A stretch of 63,992 nt of DNA, counting the filler, from Basidiobolus ranarum (taxonomy: Eukaryota), in assembly GCA_040143965.1 (NCBI GenBank). It is 4 parts of 4 records of this genome, joined end to end, with 100 filler letters (N's around TTAATTAATTAA, not from the genome) between each part and the next. Parts side by side here need not be neighbours in the genome. Positions count along the whole stretch, not along the records: positions 33,535 to 50,149 come from JASJQH010007212.1; positions 50,250 to 63,992 come from JASJQH010007339.1; 2 more parts are not named here. One strand, written 5' to 3'. The notes under the pieces are model-generated. The model worked only from the letters and a program-made list of their open reading frames with translations, was not told the origin of the DNA and did not search any database. The stretch's first letter is position 1. Every line of letters begins with the position of its first letter. Positions 47,236-57,753 of this stretch are shown one piece after another. The position numbers and the translations under genes are program-made.

Positions 47236-49290
47236 ATGAAGTGGTGTCTCATTAGCTTACTCGCTGTACCTCTTGCAAGTGCTCTTCGCCCGTTCACTCC
47301 TCAGGACTTAGTGACTGTTTCCAAGCCTGGTGCTGCTGTTCCTTCTCCTGATGGAAACTGGGCAGTATTCTCTAGCTCCAACTATTCATTAACTGAGAAT
47401 AGTAGTACGAGAAACCTTTGGTTACTTAACTTGAAAAATGATCTTGTAACTGCGCTAACTGCCCCTGGAAAGAATGGTGATAGTGAACCACTTTGGCTGG
47501 ATAGTGCCACCGTTGGTTTCATTTCTTCTCGTTCAAAGTCTTCTCAATTATGGGCAGTAGATGTAGCAAAGCCCAATGCTCAACCTGTACAAGTTACAAA
47601 CTTTACCCTTGGTATTGGGAATATCAAATACAATTCTGCTGCCAAGCTCCTGGCGTTCACCACTGCCGTAAACCAAGACGGCTCTATGTCCAAGGCTGTT
47701 GAAATAGATGCTGCTGAGAGTAAACGCACTGATACAGCAGTAGTATACGACCAATTAATGGTTAGACACTGGGATTCTTTTGTATCAAAGAAGAAGCAGA
47801 ATATCTTTACTGTTCAACTCGACAAAAAGGGCAGCAGTTACTCTACTGCTTCCTCCCCAGTCAACGTCATGAAGGAGACTAATCTAGAATCACCAGTAGC
47901 TCCATTTGGTGATTCTGGTGACTATGATATCTCCCCTGATGGTAAGGAAATTACATTCAGCGCCAAGAGACCCGGAAGAGATTATGCCTGGGAAACTGAC
48001 ATCGATATCTATATTGTTCCTTCTGATGGAAGCAAGAAGCCAGAGTCTCTCACTAAGAAGAACCTCGCCGCTGCCTCATCCCCCTCCTACTCCCCTGATG
48101 GTAAAACTTTAGGATGGCTTCAAATGGAGAAGCGTGGTTACGAATCAGATCGTAAGCGTATTATTCTCCAAGATCGTAAAACTAAGAAGATTCGTTACCT
48201 CAACAAGAACTGGGATCGTACTCCAAACAGTATTGTCTGGTCTCCAGATTCTAAGTCCCTTTTCCTTCCTACTGAAGAGTTCGGTAGAGTGAAGGTTTTC
48301 GCAGCTGATACCAAAAGTGGACATATCAAAACAATTGTCAATGAACATAGTACCTCTTCCGTCAGAATCTTGAACAAAGATACTCTACTTTTAACCCAAA
48401 GTGCCATGAATCACCCAAGCGAATTCTTCACTGTTAAGACTGACGGTTCAAAACTCAAGCAAAAGACACAGCTCCATAAGGCCAAAATAGGAGATATTTA
48501 CCTCCCAGATCCAGAAGAGTTCTGGTTTAAGGGAGCTGAAGGCGATAAGGTCCACGGTTGGTTACTTAAGCCCTTCGGCTTTGATGCCAAGAAGAAATAT
48601 CCAGTAGCCTTCTTTGTCCATGGAGGACCTCAGGGTGCCTGGAGGGATAGTTGGAGTAGTCGTTGGAATCCTGAAGTATTTGCCTCAGCTGGGTTCGTGG
48701 TTGTCGCTATTAACCCACGTGGCTCCACTGGGAATGGTCAAAAGTTCACCGACCAGGTTCAACAAAGTTGGGGTGGACGTCCTTATGTCGACTTGATGAA
48801 TGGCTTAGATCATGTTCTCAAAACTCACAAATATACTGATTCGAAGCGTGTATGTGGTCTTGGAGGAAGTTATGGTGGTTACATGATGAATTGGATCAAT
48901 GGCCACACTGACCGCTTCAGCTGTTTGGTTAACCACGATGGTAAATTCTCTATGCTCTCTGGATACTATTCTACTGACGAATTGTGGTTCCCAGAAAGTG
49001 AGATGGGTGGCCTTCCTTGGGAGCCTAAAGCTCGTAAGAACTACGAAAAATGGTCCCCATCCAACTACGTTCAAAATTGGAAGACCCCTACTTTGATCAT
49101 TCAAGGTGCCCACGATTATCGTATTGTAGATGGTGAAGCATTCTCAACCTTCACTGCATTACAAAGACAAAACATTCCATCTCGCTTATTGTATTTCCCT
49201 GATGAAACCCATTGGGTAAGCAAGCCTGCCAACTCCCTTCGCTGGCATGCTGAGATCCTTGGATGGATTAAAAAATGGACCAAGAATTAG
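47236..49290 (+). CDS. DPP5: Secreted dipeptidyl-peptidase V (family S9), copy 2
   Basis: Start placed at ATG 47236 (MKWCLISLLAVPLASALRPFTPQDLV), collinear with copy 1; GGSYGG, DYR, ETHW; intronless. Confidence 0.93.
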   Translation: MKWCLISLLAVPLASALRPFTPQDLVTVSKPGAAVPSPDGNWAVFSSSNYSLTENSSTRNLWLLNLKNDLVTALTAPGKNGDSEPLWLDSATVGFISSRSKSSQLWAVDVAKPNAQPVQVTNFTLGIGNIKYNSAAKLLAFTTAVNQDGSMSKAVEIDAAESKRTDTAVVYDQLMVRHWDSFVSKKKQNIFTVQLDKKGSSYSTASSPVNVMKETNLESPVAPFGDSGDYDISPDGKEITFSAKRPGRDYAWETDIDIYIVPSDGSKKPESLTKKNLAAASSPSYSPDGKTLGWLQMEKRGYESDRKRIILQDRKTKKIRYLNKNWDRTPNSIVWSPDSKSLFLPTEEFGRVKVFAADTKSGHIKTIVNEHSTSSVRILNKDTLLLTQSAMNHPSEFFTVKTDGSKLKQKTQLHKAKIGDIYLPDPEEFWFKGAEGDKVHGWLLKPFGFDAKKKYPVAFFVHGGPQGAWRDSWSSRWNPEVFASAGFVVVAINPRGSTGNGQKFTDQVQQSWGGRPYVDLMNGLDHVLKTHKYTDSKRVCGLGGSYGGYMMNWINGHTDRFSCLVNHDGKFSMLSGYYSTDELWFPESEMGGLPWEPKARKNYEKWSPSNYVQNWKTPTLIIQGAHDYRIVDGEAFSTFTALQRQNIPSRLLYFPDETHWVSKPANSLRWHAEILGWIKKWTKN

Positions 49291-50149
49291 GAAGCATAAT
49301 GTTATTATTAATAATACACTGCTATTTTGAACCACCTAATTTTGATGGAAAACTGCCACTATTTAATAAAATATGTTTCAATTGATTTAAACCTTTCTAA
49401 TCAAGTTTTAATGACTGTCCAATCACTGTGACCTAGAGCTTACAAGTGCATGCCTATCAGAGCTTAGAGTGACATGTCATGATGAAATATTTTGGTGGCC
49501 AATTTTGGGGAAACCTTGAGAGAAACATACTATTGGTAAGATTGGAGTAAGCTGGAGAGGCCATATCCTTAATTACCATTGATATAGTAAGTTGACTCAA
49601 TACTCGCATAAGTTGAGGAGGCTATGAATAGTATAGAGCAAGAAAGCATGTACTGGAGACCAACTTTGAGTTATGTCTGCACAGCATTATATATGGCATA
49701 TTATTCAATATCTGGAGAAATCTAGCAGCATGAATCTTGGGTCCAAATATACATACACTACTTCATAACTGTGGCAGTATGATAATTATTTGCTTAAAGT
49801 AGCCCATTCCAACAAAATACGCAATGGAGAATCTAAGGGAAGCACCCCTAGAATAAGAATTGAGTAGAGCCTGAGACCTATATAGTAGGGTGAATGGAGA
49901 CTGGCAACTAATGCGTATTGATAAGCAGGACAGCCCCCACAGCGACATAATGAGTAAATCAAGCATATTCCAGATGGTCGAATTACCATTCATTTGTTCA
50001 TAAGGTAAGTAGTGTATTCAGAATGTTTTATCATTTGTTGGGCTTTATAAAGGTAGTATGTCCGGATACTGAAGAGCGCGATCAGAAACTCTACTCGCTA
50101 GATCTGACACTAGATTCCAAATACCGTCAGATAGCCTATCAGGTTACAC

Positions 50150-50249
50150 NNNNNNNNNNNNNNNNNNNNNNNNNNNNNNNNNNNNNNNNNNNNTTAATTA
50201 ATTAANNNNNNNNNNNNNNNNNNNNNNNNNNNNNNNNNNNNNNNNNNNN
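50150..50249. other. Artificial contig linker
   Basis: N44-TTAATTAATTAA-N44. Confidence 0.97.
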
Positions 50250-51969
50250 GAAAGGGTAAAGCGTCTCTGTCGGATCAATTATCAACGCATCTCTAATGAT
50301 TCTATAGCTTCAGTCACGCCTCACTTCCTCCCCAACTGGTCCAAGAAATTGGCCAGTTCCAAATTGACGGCTTTGCTAAAAAATATTTTGCTACTCACAA
50401 AAGAGGAATATTTCGTCGCAAAGTTCCCATGGAAAAGATGCTTCAATGGACCAAGGTGGATATGGCTCGTTCCTAGACCGCATTGATTCTTGTCTAAACT
50501 ATGTTTATTTAGGACTCGATCAAACAGCCGTTGATGGTTCTCAATAAGGATGTGCATAGAGACGCCTTGAAATGCTTTAAAAATATCCTTACACCATGAA
50601 ATTCATTTAAATTCAGTTGAAACTCACACTCTGGCCTAATATTATCATTAACCTTTTTTCGCACTGATTCAGAGAGTTATGGGAGATAGAGTTCGTACCA
50701 AGAACAACGAAACACGAGATATTCAGTGGTTGTTGGATCGTGGAATTGTTTTTGGTGAACTTCGGGATGAAATATACGTCCAATTGTGCAAGCAATTAAC
50801 CAATAACCCACACCCGTAAGTATCCATGCAATTAGCTGTACCTTACTAGTTTGTCTAATGAACTTGTTATGCGATCACTAGATCCAGCGTTTACAAGGGT
50901 TGGCAGCTGATGAGCATTGTAACGGTAGTGTTTCCAGCGTCTAAGAACTTCGAGGAGTACTTGAAGACGTTTTACCGAACCCATTTCCAATCGTCCGATC
51001 CCAAAGTCCCTATAATGTCGAAGCATTGCTACAACAAGTTAACACGTATATCAAAGTCAGGGCCACGAGGAAAGATCCCTTCAACTACTGAGATCGAGCA
51101 AGCTAAGGTACATAAGTATTTCAATGCTTACTATCAACATGCTCCGAGTTGAGAATGGCGTTAAAATAGTATTTTTTTTGATAAATTCCAGGATTCGGCA
51201 TTCTATCCCTCAGTGTTTGGTGATACTTTAGAGAATTTTATGGAGCAGCAGAAAGAGAAATTCCCTGATCTTCCTCTTCCACATATCCTTCTCTTCCTTG
51301 CTAGTGCTGTCGTAAAACTCGGAGGACTGCGTAGCGAAGGGATATTCCGGCTTTCAGGTGACCCGGAGTCAGTCAACCAATTGCGCTTGAATATTGAGAA
51401 ACAGCAATACAGCCTTGAAGGGATTACTGATCCAAATTCCCCCTCTTCTTTGCTGAAACTCTGGCTGCGAGACTTGTCAGAACCACTCATCCCCGATGTA
51501 TTTTATGATAGATGTATTCTCTTTGCAGAAGATCCAAAAGAGGCGATCCAAATTATCGATGACTTACCAGACATCAATCGTCAAGTAATTTATTTCATGG
51601 TTTCTTATTTACAGGTAATGTTAGAAGTTCCGTCTCTATTCAATGTTATTACACGAACTCAATTGGGCCTCTTTCAATCATCAGATGTTCTTGACGGAAG
51701 AAGCCACTCTTCGTACGAAGATGAGTGTCTCGAACCTTGCTATGATATTTGCCCCTAACTTTCTTAGATGCCCGAGTGAAAATTTGAATGAAATCTTCGA
51801 GAAGACCCGATATGAACAAGCTTATATTCGAACATTATTACTCGAAATGAGCCCAAGGCCATTGCTCACATTAAGCCCAGAAACTGGGGAGACAATAACC
51901 ATGGAGCTACCATCAAGAGATTTGGACTCGACTAGTCAGTTGGAGGAAGATAACGAATCCATCGATTAA
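50250..51969 (+). CDS. MyTH4 + RhoGAP protein (ARHGAP39-like), 5'-truncated
   Basis: [46 protein letters not shown] (MyTH4); [40 protein letters not shown] (RhoGAP). Confidence 0.9.
50583..50664 (+). other. U12-type (AT-AC) intron
   Basis: 5' ATATCCTT, branch-like TATCATTAAC near the 3' end, terminal CAC; removal restores [13 protein letters not shown]. Confidence 0.88.
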
Positions 51970-52384
51970 TACATACAGATTCCATTACAACCTTTCGAAC
52001 CAATTCCCTGCTCACTGAATTGCCATACCCCACACCCACCATATCCTACTCCAACATGTATTAAGTAACATCCTTTTACTATTCCATCATTCCATTCTAA
52101 TCTATTGAAGTTAAGTCCACAGCCACCCTATGAGCTAGTTCGAATTTTGTTATTGATTATATAATATATTTGTATCTCCAAGTGCAGTTGCACCTGCGTC
52201 ACCTCGCAGGAAAGTTTGAATGAACAAAATTACATACCCATTTGGTTTATTCTTGGTTATTTAAATCCCATGTTCGATACAGATCTCTTGGTTTCGGGAA
52301 TACCTTCAATGACGATTCAAAATGAAGGTAACCCAGTTCCAATAAACATCATTGATATATTAAATTTCATGAAACCATTCTAAT

Positions 52385-53557
52385 TTAAATCCTGACAAAG
52401 GTCTTTGGATCGTATCCATGCTTTTCCAAATCACTTCTAGTTTCCAACGGATCATCCAATGTTTGTTGAAGAAAGAACTCGAAAAATCCCTGAACCGTGA
52501 GACCATATTGATTGGAGTTGAACATTTGACAGAGTTGTTCAAAGAAAGGTGGTGGTGGATGGAGCCCATTGGTTTTAAATACAAATTGATCCATCTCTTC
52601 CATATTCAAAGCCCCATCCTTATCCTCGTCAAATGTATCGAAGAGTTCTTCTAGAACGGCCTTGAAGGGGTTACTGAGATCGGTTCCCTCCAACAATGGC
52701 TGTTCCCCCTCATCCCCTTCAATCTCGTCAAGAAGTTTGTTGATTTCACGTTGTAACTCTATATATATATGTACAAACGAGTGTAATGAATTAGTATTAG
52801 TTTCTCAAAGAATGCTTACAGGCAATAAATTTTACTAACCATCGATTGGCTCATACGTTTCGTCGATAGACTTGCCAATTTGAAGAAGAGTTAACGCTTC
52901 ATTGAGAGAGTTGAGAAGGTAACAAATGAAGCCTAGTAAGTGATAACAGCCCGCATTTCCAGGGTAAAAGTCTAATTAAAAGAAATATGAAACGTCAACC
53001 TCAATATAAGGTGGTATGTTATTTACAGTTGTCACGGTTTGTTCTAACATTACCCAAGACGGAGAAAACTTTCACACAAGCCTCCACGAGTATATCCATA
53101 TCTTGTTCAAGTTGAAATTTCTTCAATAATTCTTGAATTTGACCAAATACAGCATTCGTTCCAGTTTCTTCCATTGGTTTGACCCCTTTCAGTAAGGCAT
53201 ACCTTTCTAAAAAGAAGTTTTTCCAACTTTTAGGACATAATATAGTTTCCTCGGGAAGTTGGACTCCAGCATTGTTTAGTATAGTAATGAGCAAGTCACG
53301 ATCGCCGAAAGTATCTACATATTTACTAGGAATAAAGAGAAAAGAATCAAAAAAAGAACACCTTTGTAATACTTATCTTCCTTGCTATCTTCTTATTTTC
53401 TTTTTACTTTGTCAATGTGAAAATTCTCCCGACCCAATATGCTTTCTTTCAAAGTGTGTACTTACTTTTCCCAGAACTCTTCGGACTCAACATTCTCACC
53501 TATTTGTAAACTATCGTAAAGTTCTGAGAGCTCCTCTTCTGTGTATCCATCAACCAT
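52385..53557 (-). CDS. EF-hand protein with TPR-like helical region, 4 exons
   Basis: MVDGYTEEELSEL...; YPGNAGCYHLLGFICYLLNSLNEALTLLQIG (TPR-like); canonical EF loop DEDKDGALNMEE; GLTVQGFFEFF...DPLETRSDLEKHGYD. Confidence 0.75.
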
Positions 53558-54308
53558 ATTCACAATAGTATATCAGAAGTAACAAGAACGGTATACCGGC
53601 AGTATGTAAAATAATCGTTACAGAGCAACGCAGTCCACTAATATTTAGTATCATTTGAATGAAATCCATTTGATATATGATCAACAAAATTAGTAGGGTC
53701 ATAAGTTGAAGTGGATGTAAACTAGTCAAACATTAAAGATCATGATTTACTTTCTCTGGAATAATCAATTTTAACGTAAGCTCGTGTACTCGTAATTCGT
53801 AGACACTCGCTATAAAGTAGATTCAGTTGATGAGACGAAAATTCAGGCGAACACCATAGCTACATCTCCAGGGGTACTAACTTGGTTAAAATGATATAAA
53901 GTATACTTTCTTAACCTACACAATACCGAGAGTATATTGGCCCCTCGATATGCTTCAATATTCATGTTGAATTCTTCACGCTCTTCTCGTTGGCTCTAAC
54001 CTGTGAGCAGAACCTTCATCAGCACTCTTCAGGACTTGAAGTAAATTGCCTCGCTATTGATGTATTATTTCAAGGATATGAATCAAGAGTACCAAAAGCC
54101 AGATTACAAACTAATTGCTTCATCAATTTATTTACGTCATTTACCAGACAATGTGACTATAAAAATAGGAAAACGAGCAGAGCAGTTGGAAATCAGCGAT
54201 CGAGAATCATTTTAAGGCAATATTTTATGTTGATATAGTGGAAGGCAGGTAAGAAGTGTTATTGAAACGAAATGCCATAAATATCTCGGTTAGTTGTGTG
54301 ATAAAAAT

Positions 54309-55490
54309 TTATAAGTCTTTCTTATCCTCGCTCTTCACACCAATTTTCTACGCATAAACAAAGTGGTGAGTTTGATTTTATATATTGGTAGATTTGGATA
54401 TCACTTACTTGTAATTCAATATGCTCGTCAGCAAGTTTCATGTATTCACTTGACTGATTTTCGATTTGCTTCTTCAAAGAATCAACATCGCGTCCGCTAC
54501 TCTTTAATTCAGCAATTTCTTTGGTAAGCTCAGCGATGCGTTTCTTCTGCTTCATGTCGGTTTCCTCCATAATTTTGGTCTCTTTGTTAAGGCCACCGCT
54601 GCCCTACATTTATTGAGTACTCAAATCAGTGTGCTGTCTTCAAAATACGACTGTTAATATATCTTCCTACTTGTCCCTTGATCTTCTCAAGTTTTTCCTC
54701 GGCAAGGAAAAGGTTCATCAGAATAGAAAAGGTACGGTCGAGGATTCTAAAGCCAAAGAGTAAGCGCGATATCTTTTTGCAACCAATGCATCAAATACTT
54801 ACAAAGAGAGGAAGAGAGTGAACCCAGTCAAATACCTATATGTATACATTAGCCATAAGAATTGAGGAAAGAAGATGATGGTCTCAATGTTTACATGTTT
54901 CTTTGACTGTAAAACTTCTTGACATGGAGTTGAGTATCAGTACGAGGATCAGCTAAGTTGGCTTGTTCAGCCTCGGCGGATGCTTTTATCATTCTATTTA
55001 TAGAGTCTTTATAAAGAGTTAAGAACATTCCACCTTGGTATAGCCATGTTAGAAAACCTACCTGCAAAAAGAATAAACACAAAGCTGTTCGCCCAAAAAT
55101 GCTTAGACATACATAATCGAAGGATGACTATATGAATAATAAAATTCTTACACTCCAACGACATTGATAATCCATTGATTTTTTCTAATCTACAGAAATA
55201 TTAGCACATATCGTTACATAGATAATACCAAAGTAGAGACTATTTACTATTCCAGATTCATCAACTTTCATAAACAATGCTCTCCTCCATTTTTTGGGGA
55301 ATGGGAACTGCACAGATAACTTTAGTGACATGTTTCGGTAGAAAAATATTTGGGGATAAAATACTTGCCACCATCAACACGAAAAGAGACATCTACAACA
55401 TTGTAAGTAAGAAATTACTACCAGCAATAACAAAGAGTTACTTACCTCAAAAATGAGTAGTCCAAACACCAAACTATAATAAAGAGCCAT
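54309..55490 (-). CDS. YET3: BAP31/Yet3 ER membrane protein, many short exons
   Basis: MALYYSLVFGLLIFEMSLFVLMVFPFP, KKFYSQRNMYLTGFTLFLSL, coiled coil (DSLKKQIENQSSEYMKLADE), C-terminal KKDL. Confidence 0.88.
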
Positions 55491-56015
55491 GCTGAATTGC
55501 TATAAAGTAGATACTTTTATGGCTTGATTCTAGGTTAACAAGAAGACAAGAGTTGTATGATAGAGGGCCACTGAGAAATTCTATTATAACCAACATTTTC
55601 CTGCTCTTTATGCGGTGTGACGTGTGTCCTTACCATTCGAATCATTATAGATTTGTTGAAATTTTAGTGATTGTGATAAACGAGGCTCAAATCATCATTT
55701 TCGATTTCGTCATCAACGAGTGATTCATGCCACTCGATATTTGTGAAAATGCGTGTCAGGTTACGGAAATTGAGGAATAACAAAACTTGATCATTAGTTC
55801 AGTAACCCTATCTAGCCTGTCTGTCATCATTGGTAATTAGATACGATATTTAGTAATGCAATACGTAATTGATGTTTATTTGATCTGGATTCATGGACGA
55901 GCTATCAGTATTCTAAACTCAATCACTAGAAAGAAACCAAAAAATTAAGTGTACAGAGAATCCTACTTGATATATGGTAGTGGTAGTGGTATATGAATTA
56001 TACAGATTATTGGGT

Positions 56016-57753
56016 TCAGAACATAATTAAGGCAGTATGTCTTTTCCCTTGAGGGTAAATCATCAGAGACGCCATGAACAGGCCCATCGCAATACTTAAC
56101 CCAACAACAACCATTTGAAAAGCTAGTTGCAATCCATCCGAGCTATTGCCAAAGGCTTGTAAAAACCCCTTCACCCCTAAACTTCCAGGAACTAACATCA
56201 TCACGGCTGCCAATACCGCTCCAAAACCAAACCTATGGGAGATGCGAGCATACACATTTCCTATAAAAGCAATTGCAAAAGAGGATATTGCAGCGGAAAT
56301 CGTCACATCCATAGCTTGTGATGTAAAATAGGAAACGGTATAACCGATGAAGCTGAGTGTGAGCATAGGTGGCCATTGTCTGAAACTAGCATTTAAGGAT
56401 ATACAATACCCTACAGCTAATATGGGGATCAACAAAAATTGCCAGTAAGGATTGACGGTGTAGCATACCTCACTCTTCAAGGTACTAGAGTCGATAGCTC
56501 TCCAGGCTTGTGAGCCGATATTTAACCCAAATCCTAACATAAAGGCCAGGACAAGGGCATACACCAAACGAATTACGCCAGAGATGGAGTTCTTCGAGGC
56601 AAGCTCCAGAACAGACGAAGTCAAAGGTAAGCCAGGCAATAACAAGGCCACAGAAGAAACAATGACATTCATATAGCATATATGTTTGTGCAAAGCAGTG
56701 GCCACAAAAGCGCACAAAATAGCGGCGGAGAGTTCGAACACATTATTGTAGCTATAAATCTTCTCTGACAACAAAGCCAAAGTCCCTACACCAAGGCTTA
56801 ATCCAGCCCCAGTAACTGCATCCAACCAACTTCCATGAAATAGCGAAGGTGTCATACAAAAGGAGCAGAGCGGATAATTTAGAATCTGTACCCACCATGG
56901 CCACGTTGGAGGGGCAGTGAGAAGGTCTTCCAAAGCAGTGTAGGCATCTTTCAACTTCACTTTTTCATGGATAACCTCTCTAGATAGGAAATAGGTTTTT
57001 TCCAATTTATCCATATGATAACCTACCACACTTCTTAGAATATGTGTATCACTTGTATGTGTGTTGGGATCCCAAAATGAAATAAAAGTTACACCTGGCA
57101 TATAAGCCACGCTTGAATTCAAATTTAGCGCCTTTGACGTTTCGTAGAGATTTTGTTCTAATCGATGGGCCGGAGATCCGAATGTGATCATTGCTTTTGA
57201 TAATAATATTAAATAATCATGGTGTAGTATGGTATTTGCAATCTGAGCAGTTAACGCAATGTGTTCTGAGAAGGGGTCCAACACATCTGAAAGATTATCT
57301 TCAGAGTGAATTGAAGAACTAGGACAGTTTGAAGGACCACAATAACTATATCATGACCCCAAAGTATCTTGGTATTCCAATACCTGAAGGCTGCTGGCTG
57401 AACGAGTTCTCCGTGGTCTATTTAGGTAGAATTGATTACGCTTAGCTCTATTCACATTCCAGCTAAGCAACTGAGCAGGAATGCCTCCTTGGTGTCCGTC
57501 TAGTCGATGTCTATGGCCAGTAATCTCCTCGATGATACGTTTATCGATGGCGTTTGTGGAAGGAATGTATCCTTGGCCCACTTGACCAGTTGCGGTTGAA
57601 TTACTATCCAGATTGACAAGATATTGTAGGTGTTCAAGATTCGTCTACAACGATTTTAAATGAGGTAGAAGTATCAGCTATAGGAAGTTAGTGTCTCAAT
57701 GTTGGAGTATATATATATGCTGGTGTCTGACAGCTTTAGGTAACCGACGGCAT
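56016..57753 (-). CDS. PRM10: PRM10/ThrE (DUF1212) family multipass transporter; 5' region interrupted by an in-frame TGA, possibly a pseudogene
   Basis: KAMITFGSPAHRLE, LLPGLPLTSSVLELASKNSISGVIRL, MLVPGSLGVKG, about 10 TM segments. The start at 57753 is tentative. Confidence 0.75.

Noticed and set aside
57351-57353. Selenocysteine codon
   Set aside because: No redox motif, not a known selenoprotein family, and no SECIS recognised by eye; kept only as an unexplained stop.
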